Below the pieces are notes generated by a model. That model did no database searches. It saw only the letters and a list, made by a program, of their open reading frames with translations, and had not been told where the DNA came from. Positions 25,201-36,700 of a stretch of DNA of 64,000 nucleotides are shown here, piece after piece. Position numbers and translations under genes: made by a program. This DNA is from Tubiluchus corallicola. Its lineage: Eukaryota > Animalia > Priapulida. Location of the stretch: NCBI GenBank assembly GCA_030141605.1, contig JAQGDQ010000146.1:1-64000 (forward strand), written 5' to 3'. Numbering within the stretch: position 1 is the stretch's first letter; every line of letters begins with the position of its first letter.

Positions 25201-28068
25201 TAAGTAAACTAACACCATAAAATAAATACATACCCTCCAATTGTATGCAGCACAGTCAATGACATCAGCAAATTCATCGAGACTGAGAAAACCTGTCTTT
25301 GACGTATTGAGTGTCTTAAATGTCAGGTAAACATCTCTTTTGCCTAGTTAAAGGAGAATGTAACTATAAAACGAGCCGACAATCATTAGATTAAAATTAA
25401 GACTAAATATGTTTCCAAACTATGCAAGACTAAGAGTTTAATAATGAATAACATGAATAATGAATAATAATGAATGAACAAAATGATCAAGTTAGAAAAA
25501 GCGATCATTAATCAAGTAGAAAAAGTGAAATAAAAGCGATGTCTTATACGAACAGTAAAATGCAAAAAGATGTTGAAATTCAATGCTTCTGATCTTACTA
25601 CAGACTCATGTTAAATAAAATATTACATAATTCAGTTAAATAGAGACTACTGATCTTAGTTTCACATTTAAAGTAAAAAAAAGCTACAATTTTGTTCTCA
25701 GCATTCAAACAAAATCTGTTTCTTTTGCAAAACACACCGTAATTGTTAAACATTTTACTAACTTTTGTGTGGTCTATAATACTTCATCAGTCCCATAAAA
25801 TGTCTTAGGGATATCTTGTTTGGATGCTAAAAACACAAAAGTTATGTGGGTTACCCATCTGAAACTATCATTCACTGAAAACACTGAAAGAAAAATACCA
25901 TTGCGGAACTAAAAAAAAGAGCGAAAACAGTAGACGGCTGGAAAATCTCACTCGGATACTTGTTCTAGTGGAGGAACACAAATTTGTACTTTAAATATTT
26001 TTCTTCAAATTCTTAAGGGAAAGAAGTTTAGATGCTTTTTTCTCTTTATTAGCAAAGACAAAAAAGCTGTTTCACTTTATAATATTTACCAAACTTGAAA
26101 GTTACAATGTAATTATTACTTTTTTGCAGTGCACGCATATGCATACTCCAATTTATCCCTGCGCAATCAAACATTTCTGCTAATAAAACCTTGCTTGCGA
26201 ACTTGCGAGCAGTAGAACATTTATCTAGGTGTTTGTACACAACTATGCAGTTATTGTGCATAATCTCTTTCCATAAATAGGCTTGCTGCTTCGATGGTAA
26301 GATTTACTGATTTTTGAAGTAGCACTACTGGCTGGTCTGTGTCCTCTGTGCCTGCTCTATACAAAAATTTCAAGTACCATCAAATAAATCTTGAGACATT
26401 TGTAAGATTTTCCACCGTTGATGTTAGGCATATATCTACAAAATTTTAAAGATACATCAAATGGTACTATATTCTCCATAAGGTATTAAGAAAATTTACA
26501 AAGACAAAAAATCTGACTTTCATACGAAATATCATAAAGAATTTAGCACACTATAAAAATCAGTTATTTTAAAAACTGATATCACATTAAGATTTATTTG
26601 ACTTTATTAATTTTTTTGCTCTGGATTACTGTTTTTTTAAGATAAGATATATGAAAACTTTGCTAATACGAAACAGTGTAGAAGCAGGTACAAATAAATG
26701 TTCATGACTATGTAGCACAGCGCGAGATAATTTATGTAATAGTAAAAATAATATTACATTTTTGGTCACCAACAGTTTAAATGCATGTTGACAGGCCACT
26801 CGCTTATGTAACGTCAGTTTACAAAACTTCTCTTTTTCCATGATAGTAAACGAGTCATACACAACAGCAAGAACCTGTGGACAAAATTCACTGTTATGTT
26901 CTCATAATTATTACAAAAAATTCAACAAATAAATTTACTAAAGAAAGGACCATTAAGGCGAATCATATAAATATACAGAAGCTTTTAGTTAACAATGAGT
27001 AAACAATTTCATTTAAAAAATAAACCGTAACTCAACATGTGATTTTTTGTAATATAGTTCTGGCAATTTTTTGGTATTTAAACTTATGCAGGCCTCGGAA
27101 TCACTAAAACAGAAACATTTTTCAATTTACAAAGCTTTGCAGGTAAGTCAGATCACGAGAAATTTGTACACAAAAATGAAATTACGTGGATTGAGGTGAA
27201 ATGTTGGTCAGCCACATAGAATTATATAAGATAAAGTTTTGGAAATTACATTATGCCTATTACACAAAACCATGCCTAACTAAACTATGCTTTAGAATTT
27301 TAGATAACATTTTATGCACCTTTATGTTAAGGTACCTGTAACTCCTTGATTTCAAAATTAGATGTGACAGACGTCATGGTCACAAATTGATAACTTTCAA
27401 GCACAAAGGACTTCTGCACCTTTTTTTATAAACATACTTATTTGAAACAATTGCCTTTGGCAAACAGCAAATAAACACTCATGCAGTTTCGCAAGAAAAA
27501 ACAAGTCTAGCACAAAATATCATTAACTATTCCAAGTGTTAATTAAAATAATTAAAACAGTTAGATGAATCAATATATTGTAACCGCCAGTTCGTATGTG
27601 TGCATAAGGCTTATTAGATACATTTTTACCTGAGTTAATCGTACCATTCACTATCTCATTACTACTTACTACAATTAAGCAAAGCAAAATAATGATGATT
27701 AGCGGCACAGTTTTTCTTCACTTAGTATTTGGGCTTTTCAAAACATTTAGTACCTGTACAATATTGGTTGTTTGTGAGTTTGTAAGTGTATAATTTGCAC
27801 AAAATTACTGACAGGATAAGAAATGTAATGCTACCACAATTGCTCAAAATTGAATTCAAATTTTGGGGGAGCCCCAAACATTGGGGACCACTGATGAAAC
27901 AACACACTGGCTGCGTCAATGTTTAAACGATACAAAGAATTTTTTCGACAAGCAGTAGTTACACTTACCAAGTTCATTAGAAAATAAAGTTCTATTATGA
28001 GGTACAGAATGAAGAAGCTTGGCGCCCATCGATATTTATTATAGGCTGGCATCATCACATCTGGGTAG
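7243..28068 (-). CDS. TPCN1: Two-pore channel 1-like (TPCN1); 17 coding exons from the domain I pore to the stop; 5' exons not found
   Basis: GT-AG exons in one frame: 27969-28068 ([17 protein letters not shown]), 26758-26874 (VLAVVYDSF..), 25763-25826, 25234-25343, 24958-25021, 24379-24423, 24023-24079, 23575-23652, 14610-14787 (GWNLFDF..RPIRLLR), 14116-14187, 13637-13726 ([12 protein letters not shown]), 12947-13038 ([10 protein letters not shown]), 12726-12772 ([16 protein letters not shown]), 11197-11356 ([18 protein letters not shown]), 10248-10360, 8022-8102, 7243-7359 (stop). Total 1585 nt with consistent phases. Confidence 0.9.
8261..8880. repeat. Exact 310-bp tandem duplication in a TPC1 intron
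   Basis: 8261-8570 and 8571-8880 read identical (tagttgtcattcag...attacatttc). Each copy contains an internal ~43-bp dimer. Confidence 0.9.
11734..12619. mobile_element. Degenerate hAT-like MITE
   Basis: Flanked by direct repeat ctacaaac (11726-11733 and 12620-12627). CGAT/ATCG-rich subterminal motifs at both ends; TIRs decayed. Confidence 0.4.
15348..16186. mobile_element. Tc1/mariner-pogo type MITE
   Basis: TIR ccgtatatactcgcatataagcc at both ends, TA flanks, repeated internal ataagccgacc motifs. Confidence 0.85.
15748..16015. mobile_element. hAT-type MITE nested in the Tc1/pogo MITE
   Basis: 13-bp TIR cagtggtgtattg/caatacaccactg with a perfect 8-bp TSD gtgacaca (15740-15747 and 16016-16023). 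Confidence 0.85.
16244..16668. mobile_element. Kolobok-like MITE (degenerate)
   Basis: TTAA flanks; left end ttaaaggaaaactgg, right end reverse complement ttaaagcaaaacagg. Same terminal motif as the element at 48512-49028. Confidence 0.45.
17227..17330. repeat. ~52-bp tandem duplication upstream of IR-like gene 1
   Basis: catagtgaca(a/c)aagttgccccgttctctctttgccatactggtgaaagtat occurs twice in tandem. Confidence 0.8.
17809..19233 (+). CDS. Divergent ionotropic glutamate receptor / IR-like subunit 1 (intronless, nested antisense in a TPC1 intron)
   Basis: Signal-like N-terminus, S1 with TPER, M1 ([11 protein letters not shown]), pore loop ASFLQKDG, M3 ([21 protein letters not shown]), S2, M4 ([11 protein letters not shown]). 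No ATD. First ATG at 17809. Confidence 0.85.
   Translation: MLITMCLTLKGLNVLALIVVELQITVAQSFALNANSLKKINWNEHCLKINESVIEKTNRWSDNNFYFTSNNLSKNVKSLQHIRVAYAIEDAQISADHYIPVLDMVCKTLNITYDINYFALWQTSYSDMAESGMTDLILSPIIWTPERSKVMTFMSGGEAIHVTFLIKTPEIDAGGLSLVAPISTGIWVFLLVFSLLTGCLLFVLEKCATTRGQNEEINSIAYYVSYTMASFLQKDGPHLRNSVASRTMMSCWWVFAIFITAVYTGTLVSFLTLRTPVYPFTSLEELLESTITPITLPNWAEVEYLRNSQPDSVRGKLWKKMQRDNNALPHTAQEALDLVATDDYAFMGHSNDFEQLIIHDFEKHGKCRFAVAPFSIYTALLSWGVPKASKIQSMVEYGFQIVIQSGLAQRIYLDDFNKNGSQCSHSLTQVVKTEVLHMSDLHSAFVILAIGIIVATTVICLEYLCTKFVQRSSD
20932..22338 (+). CDS. Divergent ionotropic glutamate receptor / IR-like subunit 2 (tandem paralog)
   Basis: 468 aa, colinear with 17809-19233, with the same S1/M1/P/M3/S2/M4 motifs. 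Confidence 0.85.
   Translation: MNKSLIMLALVLVVLQITILQTNAINENNLKKANSDIYCSKVSKNVTKRANGLSDNYIFLATNNLSENIAEPLQHIRAAYAIEDAQISAHDNLHFLDIVCKALNVTYEIKYFVLRQSSYSDVAESGMTDLIVSRMIWTPERSKVMSFVYTGYNIRETFLIKTPELNADGKSLVAPISTGIWVFLLVFSLLTGCLLFALGRCTTITGQNEEINSIVYYVSYTMATFLQKDGPQIPNSLASRTMMSCWWVFAILITAVYTGTLVSFLTLRTPVYSFTSLEELLQSSITPITLANWAEAETFRNSHPDSVKGKLWKKMQRDDIALPQTAQEAMELVATGDYTFMGGSIDFEDLIIRDFQKHGKCRFTLTPFSMSTPLLTWGIPKGSKIQSFVQYGLEMVTQSGLAHKSYRDEIHRNGSQCLAPAKQVIKTQVLDMSNLQSAFSILALGNSIAIFVICVECLYHKFGRTSDE
22500..23170 (+). mobile_element. Degenerate non-LTR retrotransposon RT remnant
   Basis: Broken frames read [27 protein letters not shown] and LLYGSETW in RT motif order. Confidence 0.6.
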
Positions 28069-29739
28069 CTACATAAAACAAAAAATAACTATTTTACAAC
28101 ATCAATTTTTATTGTTATGTGACAAAATTAACTTATTGACCAAAACACGATTAGCTGGCTAAAATGCCTATTATTTATCATATTAACAACTCGGTAAAAA
28201 GCAGCAATAGGATGACATAGGATGACATAAGAAGATGAAATTTCTAACAAAGTTTTAGTTAAGTGTTTGCAGTGGCATTCAGCTTAGGCCTAATTGTTAT
28301 AATTTAGGTGAAAAGTAATGCAAATTTAAATATCTCACAGAATCACTAGGAAGGGATATATTCAATTCATAAATCAACCCTAACAGAAAGTATGTAGTGC
28401 ATTCCATACGTGTTTACTTATGAAACTAGATTTCACATATATGCACACTAAGTTGAAAACGCTGTACTTCACAAAGCTTCGTTAGCATTTCTTAATAACC
28501 AATTATTAATAGCTTGGTATTAATTTCTCACTCCACAAAAAGTCCCCAGCGAAACAACAAGCAATAATAACTTAAGGCATTTGCTGATCTAGTGCACCAC
28601 AGTGAAGATCTGAAATGTATGTACACCCAATGCACCACAAGAACTTTTTAGAAAACACTGTGTGAACATCCAACAAGACATAATGTCAACTTTTAATAAA
28701 CTGGAACTTTTGCTCTAATGATTTCTAAAAAAGAGAAAAAAGAGAGGGCGGGGAGAAATAGGAAGAATAAGTCAAGTGGTTTATAGAAGCACCCCTGCAG
28801 TTAAAAAGTAATTACAGTAAAAACTTCATAGCACTACATTTTATTTTACAAACTAATCTATAATCTATATTATGAAAGAAATAAGTGCTGTTTAGTGCAC
28901 CCCAACAACAACGTTACATAATAAATAATGACCAGCAAAAGCATTTAGTATATTTCAGTTTACAGCTGATTACACCACTAAGTAACACTTGGCATACAGA
29001 AAAGCAAATACCCCCTCAAAGTCAAGCTCTAATCTTACATAAGCATGGCTGTACGTAAACAAATTATGGCTTCATTATTACCATCAGATGGAGACAGTGA
29101 AACAAGATCTCAAATTTAGCTTCTTGGGTAACTTCTTTTGGAGCTTGTGGTTAAGCTGTTTTTAAAAACATTTATAGCAAAGAAAGTTAATCAGGTTTAA
29201 GTTTTCTTGGTTGATTGATCTACTTCCAGCTGTCTCTCCATTAATATCTCGTTTCACAAACAGTTGGTAGGCAATGTTTACTTGTCTTGGGGCAACGCTA
29301 CTGACTAACAAAGTTCTATGAAGTTGTGCACATGTGTAGCAGTCAGCTTCACTACTGAGCCATTACTGGGCTTCTTCCAAAAATATATCCAAGAATAGCA
29401 AAACATGGCAGATCTATTCAACGGTTACAAATCAAAAGTCTTAGTTACAATAGCAATAAGAGAAAAAACTGTAATAAAATAATAAGACTTATAGCATACT
29501 AAGGCACCAAATAAACATTCAAAGCTAATCAGGTACAAGTTTAGTTACACAATGATAGAATTTTTAGCAAAGAAAATGGACTTGCCCCTTGCATAAAAAG
29601 TAACCCGAACTCAAGTATGTTAGCTTAATGTTACACAGTGACGCCATTACTATGAGGAAACACAAGCGTTGTTCTTTGCCAGAACGTGCAGAAGGTACAA
29701 TACACAGCTAGCATTGTTGGTGTCTACTAATGTGTGAAA

Positions 29740-32190
29740 ATGAACTGGTGTTTTAGTGTTTACATATTAACAATAATTAATTACATAAACTCTGCTGCAT
29801 CGCAAATCACTGACTGTGATCAAGTGTTTAAAAGTAGCCATGATCACAAATCTGGAATGTTTACATCTCCTAGCTTTCCCAGAAAGTACATTGCCAACAT
29901 GCAGTGCCTTTACATATTTGAAGCACGGCGTAATGAACGAGTTAAAATTGAATTTGAAGATTTTAATTTGCACGGGTACGTGGACCAATGCGACAGAGAC
30001 TACATCGATATTTATTCAGAGTTACAAGTAGCAAAAATCAACCTAGAATGGGGAAACTTTACCATAAGCGGACGTTACTGTGGACAAGTTATGCCTCAAA
30101 TAAGAATTTCTTTATATAATTTCCTAATAATTGGCTTTTACTCAGATGGAACAAAAGAGTCAACGGGATTCAACGCTACATATGAGTTTATAAACAATGA
30201 TATTTACCAGATAAGTCCACCAGTTCCAGGTACGATATGTGACTTTATAATACGGTCCACAAGCATTAGGGAGGGCATTATTCTCACGCCCACCTATCCT
30301 GGATCTTACCCAGCAAATCTTGACTGCACTTACAAGTTTCGTGGAAGACGTGGACAGAGGGTGAGATTAGAATTCTTTGATTTTGACATTTACGCAGGTG
30401 GCGACCACTGTCCATATGACTCTGTGACTCTGTACGATGGTATAGGACCCTCTTATTGCTCTTCGTCACCATATAGTTCTCACAGCAGCTGTGGCAAACT
30501 TAGAGTTATTGGTGGTGGGCCATACTGTGGTGAATATCACAGACTTGTCATGTTTTCAACAGCAGAAAATCTGGAAATACGCTTCAAGACCACTGAAGCA
30601 CCACAACATGAAAATAGGGGATTTAATGCCACGTTCAAGTTTAGTGATGCGTTTGTGAATTTGAAAAAGACAGAACATCATATAATTGGAACGGAATGTA
30701 GCCAGCGAATACTGAGCACTGGTGATCCAGAAAAAGCTAAAGGTACAATACAAAGCCCAAATATGTCAAAGCGAAATCGTCACGTTATTGACATAATGTG
30801 CAATTATAATCTGGATGGTCTGAAAAATGATGAAAATCTAGAAAAAGTGAAATTGGAATTCAAAGAGTTTAAAGGCTTTCACACAAACATGACAGATGGC
30901 ATATGTGTAGATGGTTTTGTGGCAGTATTTCAACATGGTCACGACACAAGAAGTGCACCCCAGTACACGTTCTGTGGTGACAACATACCTGAGACTATAA
31001 CATCACAAGGACCTCGGCTAATGGTGTTGTACCACAGTGGAACAAAATTGCCAGGTGGAAAGTTCAGAGCAGAATATTCATTTGAAACAGATTATGGGAT
31101 CCGAGGCACGCCCAAACCAGATAGCCAGGAATGTGAGTTTACTTACAGAGGTTCAAACAAAGAAAGTGGAATCATCAACAGTCCACGATATCCTGCTAAC
31201 TATCCCAGTAAGAAAAACTGTACTTTTCTTATGTATGCAAAACCAAAACAACGCATTCGACTACAGTTCAGCTCTCTGAAAATGTTTTTCAAACCTCCAT
31301 ACGAAGATGCAACATATCTGGTTCACATGGGAAGCAACTGCAGTAATGCTGATTATGTTGAAGTATATTTTATGATAACACCAGATAAGTACACTCTTGT
31401 CGGACGATATTGCAAATATCAAGTCCCTGGCCCGGTTTTATCACCTGTTAATTCTACAGGCGTAAAAGTCAATTTCATCTCCCACAAAGAAGGTAAAGCA
31501 CAAGGGTTTCATGCCACATATTATTTCGTATCAGACGAGCAAGCCACAGTTGCAGCCTGCTCTAGGCACTTCAAGAACAAACCAGGCGGCGTACTTACTT
31601 CACCATACTTTAATGTCAAATACCAGTCAAAGACGTTTTGTGACTGGGAAATTACAGTCAAAAAGGGTGAAAGAATTATGTTGCATTTTTCTAATTGGCT
31701 TAGCGTCGAAGGAAATCTAGTGAGCATGGGATGCGGCAATGCGGCTGTTCGAGTGTACCTCAATGACACAGAAGGTGAACCATACCTGGAATTCTGCAAT
31801 GGTGATGCAAACTTGAGAAATGAGTATCGCATCATGACATCAACTGATAATTACATGAGAGTAACATTTACTACCGGAGACAAACTTGCGGGTATGAAAG
31901 GTTTCAAGGCAGCCTGGGTTGCTTACCGACCAGATGACATAGAGTGCAGAAATGGTTTTAAATGCAAGAAGAGTGGCTTTTGCATCTCCAAGAAAGTGTG
32001 CGACATTGTGCCAGAAGGTAAAGACACTACTTCTAAAGAAATGTCTTACTGTGGATTGTCCATCTTAGAATCAGGCATTGCAGAAAAAGATACATCAGAC
32101 AGAAGCTTTTGTTCGGCTGTTACCCGCCCCACTTCTTACAAAAAACTAATGTCTATACTAGCAATTTGCATGATAGTTTTTATGGTGTAA
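29740..32190 (+). CDS. Multi-CUB protein (5 CUB + degenerate LDLa + hydrophobic C-tail), SOL-1/LEV-10-like, intronless
   Basis: Signal peptide; repeated SP.(F/Y)P..Y...C.Y and YCG CUB motifs; FKCKKSGFCISKKVCD LDLa-like segment; hydrophobic C-terminus. Segments such as DYIDIYSE, YCG..P.IRISLY, GQRVRLEF.DFD..GG.HCP.D and HI.GTEC.Q.ILS resemble insect SOL-1-like proteins as I recall them. First ATG at 29740. Confidence 0.85.
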   Translation: MNWCFSVYILTIINYINSAASQITDCDQVFKSSHDHKSGMFTSPSFPRKYIANMQCLYIFEARRNERVKIEFEDFNLHGYVDQCDRDYIDIYSELQVAKINLEWGNFTISGRYCGQVMPQIRISLYNFLIIGFYSDGTKESTGFNATYEFINNDIYQISPPVPGTICDFIIRSTSIREGIILTPTYPGSYPANLDCTYKFRGRRGQRVRLEFFDFDIYAGGDHCPYDSVTLYDGIGPSYCSSSPYSSHSSCGKLRVIGGGPYCGEYHRLVMFSTAENLEIRFKTTEAPQHENRGFNATFKFSDAFVNLKKTEHHIIGTECSQRILSTGDPEKAKGTIQSPNMSKRNRHVIDIMCNYNLDGLKNDENLEKVKLEFKEFKGFHTNMTDGICVDGFVAVFQHGHDTRSAPQYTFCGDNIPETITSQGPRLMVLYHSGTKLPGGKFRAEYSFETDYGIRGTPKPDSQECEFTYRGSNKESGIINSPRYPANYPSKKNCTFLMYAKPKQRIRLQFSSLKMFFKPPYEDATYLVHMGSNCSNADYVEVYFMITPDKYTLVGRYCKYQVPGPVLSPVNSTGVKVNFISHKEGKAQGFHATYYFVSDEQATVAACSRHFKNKPGGVLTSPYFNVKYQSKTFCDWEITVKKGERIMLHFSNWLSVEGNLVSMGCGNAAVRVYLNDTEGEPYLEFCNGDANLRNEYRIMTSTDNYMRVTFTTGDKLAGMKGFKAAWVAYRPDDIECRNGFKCKKSGFCISKKVCDIVPEGKDTTSKEMSYCGLSILESGIAEKDTSDRSFCSAVTRPTSYKKLMSILAICMIVFMV

Positions 32191-33240
32191 ACCCGCTTGC
32201 AGAAGGTAAAAAAGCAATGAGGTAGCAGCCACTAAGCATTTTCATGCAAGCAACACTGTACGACAGGGAAAGAAATGAAGCTACACGAACCATGAAGCAA
32301 CAGTATAATTATGTAAATAATGTGAAAAATGTAGTAATAATCATATTGACTATAGATGTTTACAAACTGTGATAATTTTCTTGATACTGCATGTAACTAA
32401 ATGTAAAAACGTATTTGACTAGGAAACTTTACTAAAACAAAAAAGAATATGTAAAAGTAAGCTGGATAAGTAAGCACATCTAAAAATCATTTTTCCAGCA
32501 AAAACTTATACATTTATTAGCCAGATCTGATGTTATTTAATTTTGCAAACAAGCACCTACCGTGACCACTCAGCTATATCCCTCAGGAACAATTTCAATT
32601 TAATTAAACACTGTTTGCTATTTAATTAAAGCATCTGCCCAACACAACTAACTTCCACATAAAACGTGTTGTCTTTGTATATTTATAAGACTAATTAAAG
32701 AAAAACATTCCAAAAATTACAATTTTACTTATTGCGACTGATGTGCTATACATACGCTATCAAGTGACAGTGTCTCTATACTATACCTAATATCATAAGC
32801 AGAAATGCTAGGCCAGATTGAACAAATGGCAACTCCGCTATTTTATTAAATTTGGCAATTCGGTAATTAAATTCTGAATGAAAAAGTTATACTAACAAAA
32901 GAAGTTTTTCCTTTGGCTCAAAAGTTTTTTCTTTAGAAGAAAAAATTCACGAAAACAATTTGCATAATTTGCAATTTGTAAGTGATGTGTAACATTGCAA
33001 ATGATGTGTACATTTTAACGATGGAATAACAGTGTTTTGTAAATTACATGTATGTATTTCTTGTATGTATCATATTATTTTTCAAAGTGGCAAATGGAAG
33101 TTGAAATACAAATGATGTTTGTCTTTCTAATTTAGAAGTATTAAGTAGCATTAAATTTTGTTTCTGAAGAAAAGCATTATCTGTATTAAACTGCGGCCTG
33201 CTATCAAAACAGACAGCACAAGAAAATCAAGCGACACTAT

Positions 33241-33755
33241 TGTAGCATGCATGACCCATTTCTTCAAGAGTGACCAAGAATGCTCAAACACTCCATTCCA
33301 AACATCAAGTCCAGACATAAGTGTGTTCATTAGTTGTTTATTCTGTTAAGAATACATATATGTAAATAATTTCATTGCTGCATATTTTATGATTTAATAA
33401 CTTCAAATTAGTACAAACACAAGCAAATCTCTTAAAGTAACATTTCACTAATACAGTTAATTTCAGTAATTAGTCAAATCAGCAAAAAATATCAAATTAA
33501 ATAAAAGCAACTTACATCCTTGCCCAAACATTAGAGCACCTTTAGAAAAACAGTGACAGACTGCAGACAGCAGGAATCAATACAGTTATCAAGCCACAAA
33601 TCTATAATTCACATGTGTTCAGTCCTAACATATCAAGACCAAGTGTGAGCAGCATTTCACAAAGCCAGGTACTAAAGTCGTCAACCATGAAATCACCTGA
33701 CAGGTAAGATGAGGTAACTGCCTGCTGGCCTCAGAGGGCAGCACTGTCCTGTACA
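33241..33755 (-). repeat. 3' LTR of BEL/Pao element
   Basis: tgtagcatgc...cctgtaca; direct repeat of 40298-40812. PPT ggggggtggtaa (minus strand) at ~33756-33767. Confidence 0.95.
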
Positions 33756-33796
33756 TTACCACCCCCCATAAAATACTCCCCATAAAGTATTTTATC

Positions 33797-36700
33797 TTAA
33801 AACTTATCCAACTTCTCCAGTAAACATAGCTTTTGAATTGGTCTCTTAAGAACAGCATTTGATGTTTTAACCCGTACTGACCGAACTAAACTATCAGGCC
33901 CAGGAAAAACCTCACAAACCCTTCCTAAACACCACTGGTTCCGTGGCAGATTGCTATCAACTACCAATACCAAGTCACCAACTTGCAAGTTATCTGATGC
34001 CTTATTCCATTTTTGACGCTTCTGAAGCAGCGGCAAATATTCCCGCAGCCATCGCTTCCAAAACAGATCAGAGAGAAACTGGACTTGTCTCCATCGCCTC
34101 CTATACAGATCATGCTCATCAAATAGTCCAGGTGGAAGTGTAGCTCCAGATCTCATCAACAATAAATGGTTTGGCGTAAGAGGTTCCATGTCCTTGGGAT
34201 CATCTGATACCACAGTGATAGGACGCCCGTTGATAACAGCTTCAACGTTGCACATCAGTGTGGCCAAACCCTCATCATCCAAGGTTTGTTCCATGGCCAC
34301 TGAAGATAATACTCTCCTGATCAAACCAATCATTCTCTCCCACACCCCGCCATGATGTGATGATGCAGGTGTATTAAATAGCCATTGTACATTTTTCTGG
34401 CGCAGCATATCTTCAATTCTGCTTTGATTCCACACTTTGATAGCTGTCCTCAGTTCTTTGTTTGAACCAGCAAAATTGGTCCCGTTATCAGACCTGATCA
34501 TTTCAGGTATGCCACGTCTACTTATGAACCTGAATAAAGCATTTATAAAACTATCGGTGTCTAATGAGTGAAGAACTTCGATGTGGACGGCTCTAGTCAT
34601 CAAACAAGTAAAGACGCATCCATACCTCTTCACCAATGCCCGACCTCTCTTAGCCATGAAAGGCCCAAAGCAATCAACTCCGACTTTCATGAATGGAGCT
34701 GTACCAGGAGTAACCCTATCCGTAGGCAAGTCAGCCATCTTTTGAGTTAAAGGAGCAGCATCACGAATTCTGCACTTCATGCATCTAGATAACACTCCTC
34801 GTATTGCAGGTCTGGCATTCACAATCCAAAATCGCTCACGAATTTTAGAAAGTACATACTCTCTACCCGAGTGCCACGATCTTTCATGGTAATGCTGAAT
34901 GATAAGCGACACAACATGATCCTTCTTAGGCAATATCATTGGATGCTTAGCATCATCAGACAATTGTGAATGTTTGAGACGACCGCCTACACAAATCACC
35001 CCATTCAAAACAATTGGATCCAGTTTACGCAACACACTCCGTCTCGAAAGCTTTGAACTCCTTTTCTCCGCATCAGAGTCAAGACCAGCCATATCGTTGG
35101 AAAAGTGCTTCAACTGAACATGCTTCACAATACTAACTTCAGCTTGCCTCATTTCACTCACAGTTAAACCTCCAGATGGTACTGCCAGATCAGATGCCCT
35201 CACTCTGCTGAGCAAAATTTCCTTCAATCGCAATATCCAAGCAACACTCTTGACCAAGCTATACCATGAAGAATATCTCAAAATCAATTTCTCAACAGCA
35301 TCAGTACCAATCGGTTCTAAAACTAAAACCGTAGCATTGATTTTCTCTCTTCTGTTAGCTTTTATTTCAAGATCATCTGATAGCTCGACATCAGTTTTAG
35401 GAGACTGTGGCCAATCACTTCTAGGCTTCCACAGGTAATCTGGACCAGACAACCATCTCCCACTACTGCGAATCTGATCTGCTGTCAATCCCCGAGAGAT
35501 GTCATATGCAACATTCTTCTCACTGCTGACTTGGCATTGATGCTTCATGAATCTGGGACAACCTGTTGGCAACAAATGTTTTAAATCTTTTAGATTATCA
35601 GTATTACATATATACTTGAGCACTATCAAGCTGTCTGTCCAAAAAAAGCTTTCTTGAATACAAATGTCTAACTCTCTTCTAATCGACTGTGCCATTTTTA
35701 CCGCCATCAGTGCAGCACACAACTCAAGCCTAGGAATAGTCACCAGTTTCTTGAGAGGTGCCAAACGAGACTTAGCTAGAATAAAGCTACAATGAATTCT
35801 ACCAATGTTGTTCACAAAACGTAAGTAAGCAACACTACCATATGCTCTCTCGGAAGCATCTGCAAATGTGTGTAGTTCACAAGCTACAACCATGCCAAAA
35901 TCACGAGGAACATGATGCCTATCAATCCCAAATTGATCCAACTTAGTTGAGTCACTCAACCACTTTTGCCACTTTTGCTCTGTATTTGGTTCAAGAGGGT
36001 CATCCCAAGATTTGTCAGATCTGCACTCAGTCTGAAACAACTGCTTAGCAAGAACAACAACGGGACAAAGAAGCCCTAAAGGATCATAGATGGAATTAAG
36101 CGTGCTAAGCAAACCACGCCTCGTACAAGGCTTCTGAGAGACATTTACCTGGACACACAACTGATCAAGTTCAGTATTCCAGAATAAACCCAACGCTCTT
36201 TCTGGCGGCAACAGACCACTTGAAAGTTCCAAATTACGAACAGATTGTGATCTTTCTTCTGTGGGAACACTATCCAGTACAGCTCTGTCATTACTAATCC
36301 ATTTTGTAATCCTGAAACCTCCGCGAGCCAACAGTGAAGTTAGCTGCTTAATAAACCAAATAGCTTCTTGTGAGCTTCTAAGAGACTTTAAGCAGTCGTC
36401 GACATAAAAGTTCTTCATAACAGCTTTTACTATTATTTTGTCAAAGTCTTCAGCATTGTCCGAAGCTGTTCGCTGTAAGGCATATGTTGCACATGATGGA
36501 CTCCAAGTACCACCAAACAAGTGACGAGTCATCCTGTAAATGGCAGGCTTCTCATCCAGTTTACCATCAGGATACCAGAGAAATCTGAGAACGTCACGAT
36601 GATGTTCAGAAACCAAAACCTGGTTAAACATTGCCTCAATATCTGACATAACAGCAATCGGTGACTCTCTGAAACGAAGTAAAACTCCCAGTAGTTTATT

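Noticed and set aside
28985-29035. Candidate upstream TPC1 exon ending ..FAFLYAN
   Set aside because: Does not match the expected SLFVLLTTAN pore helix, and the donor is weak.
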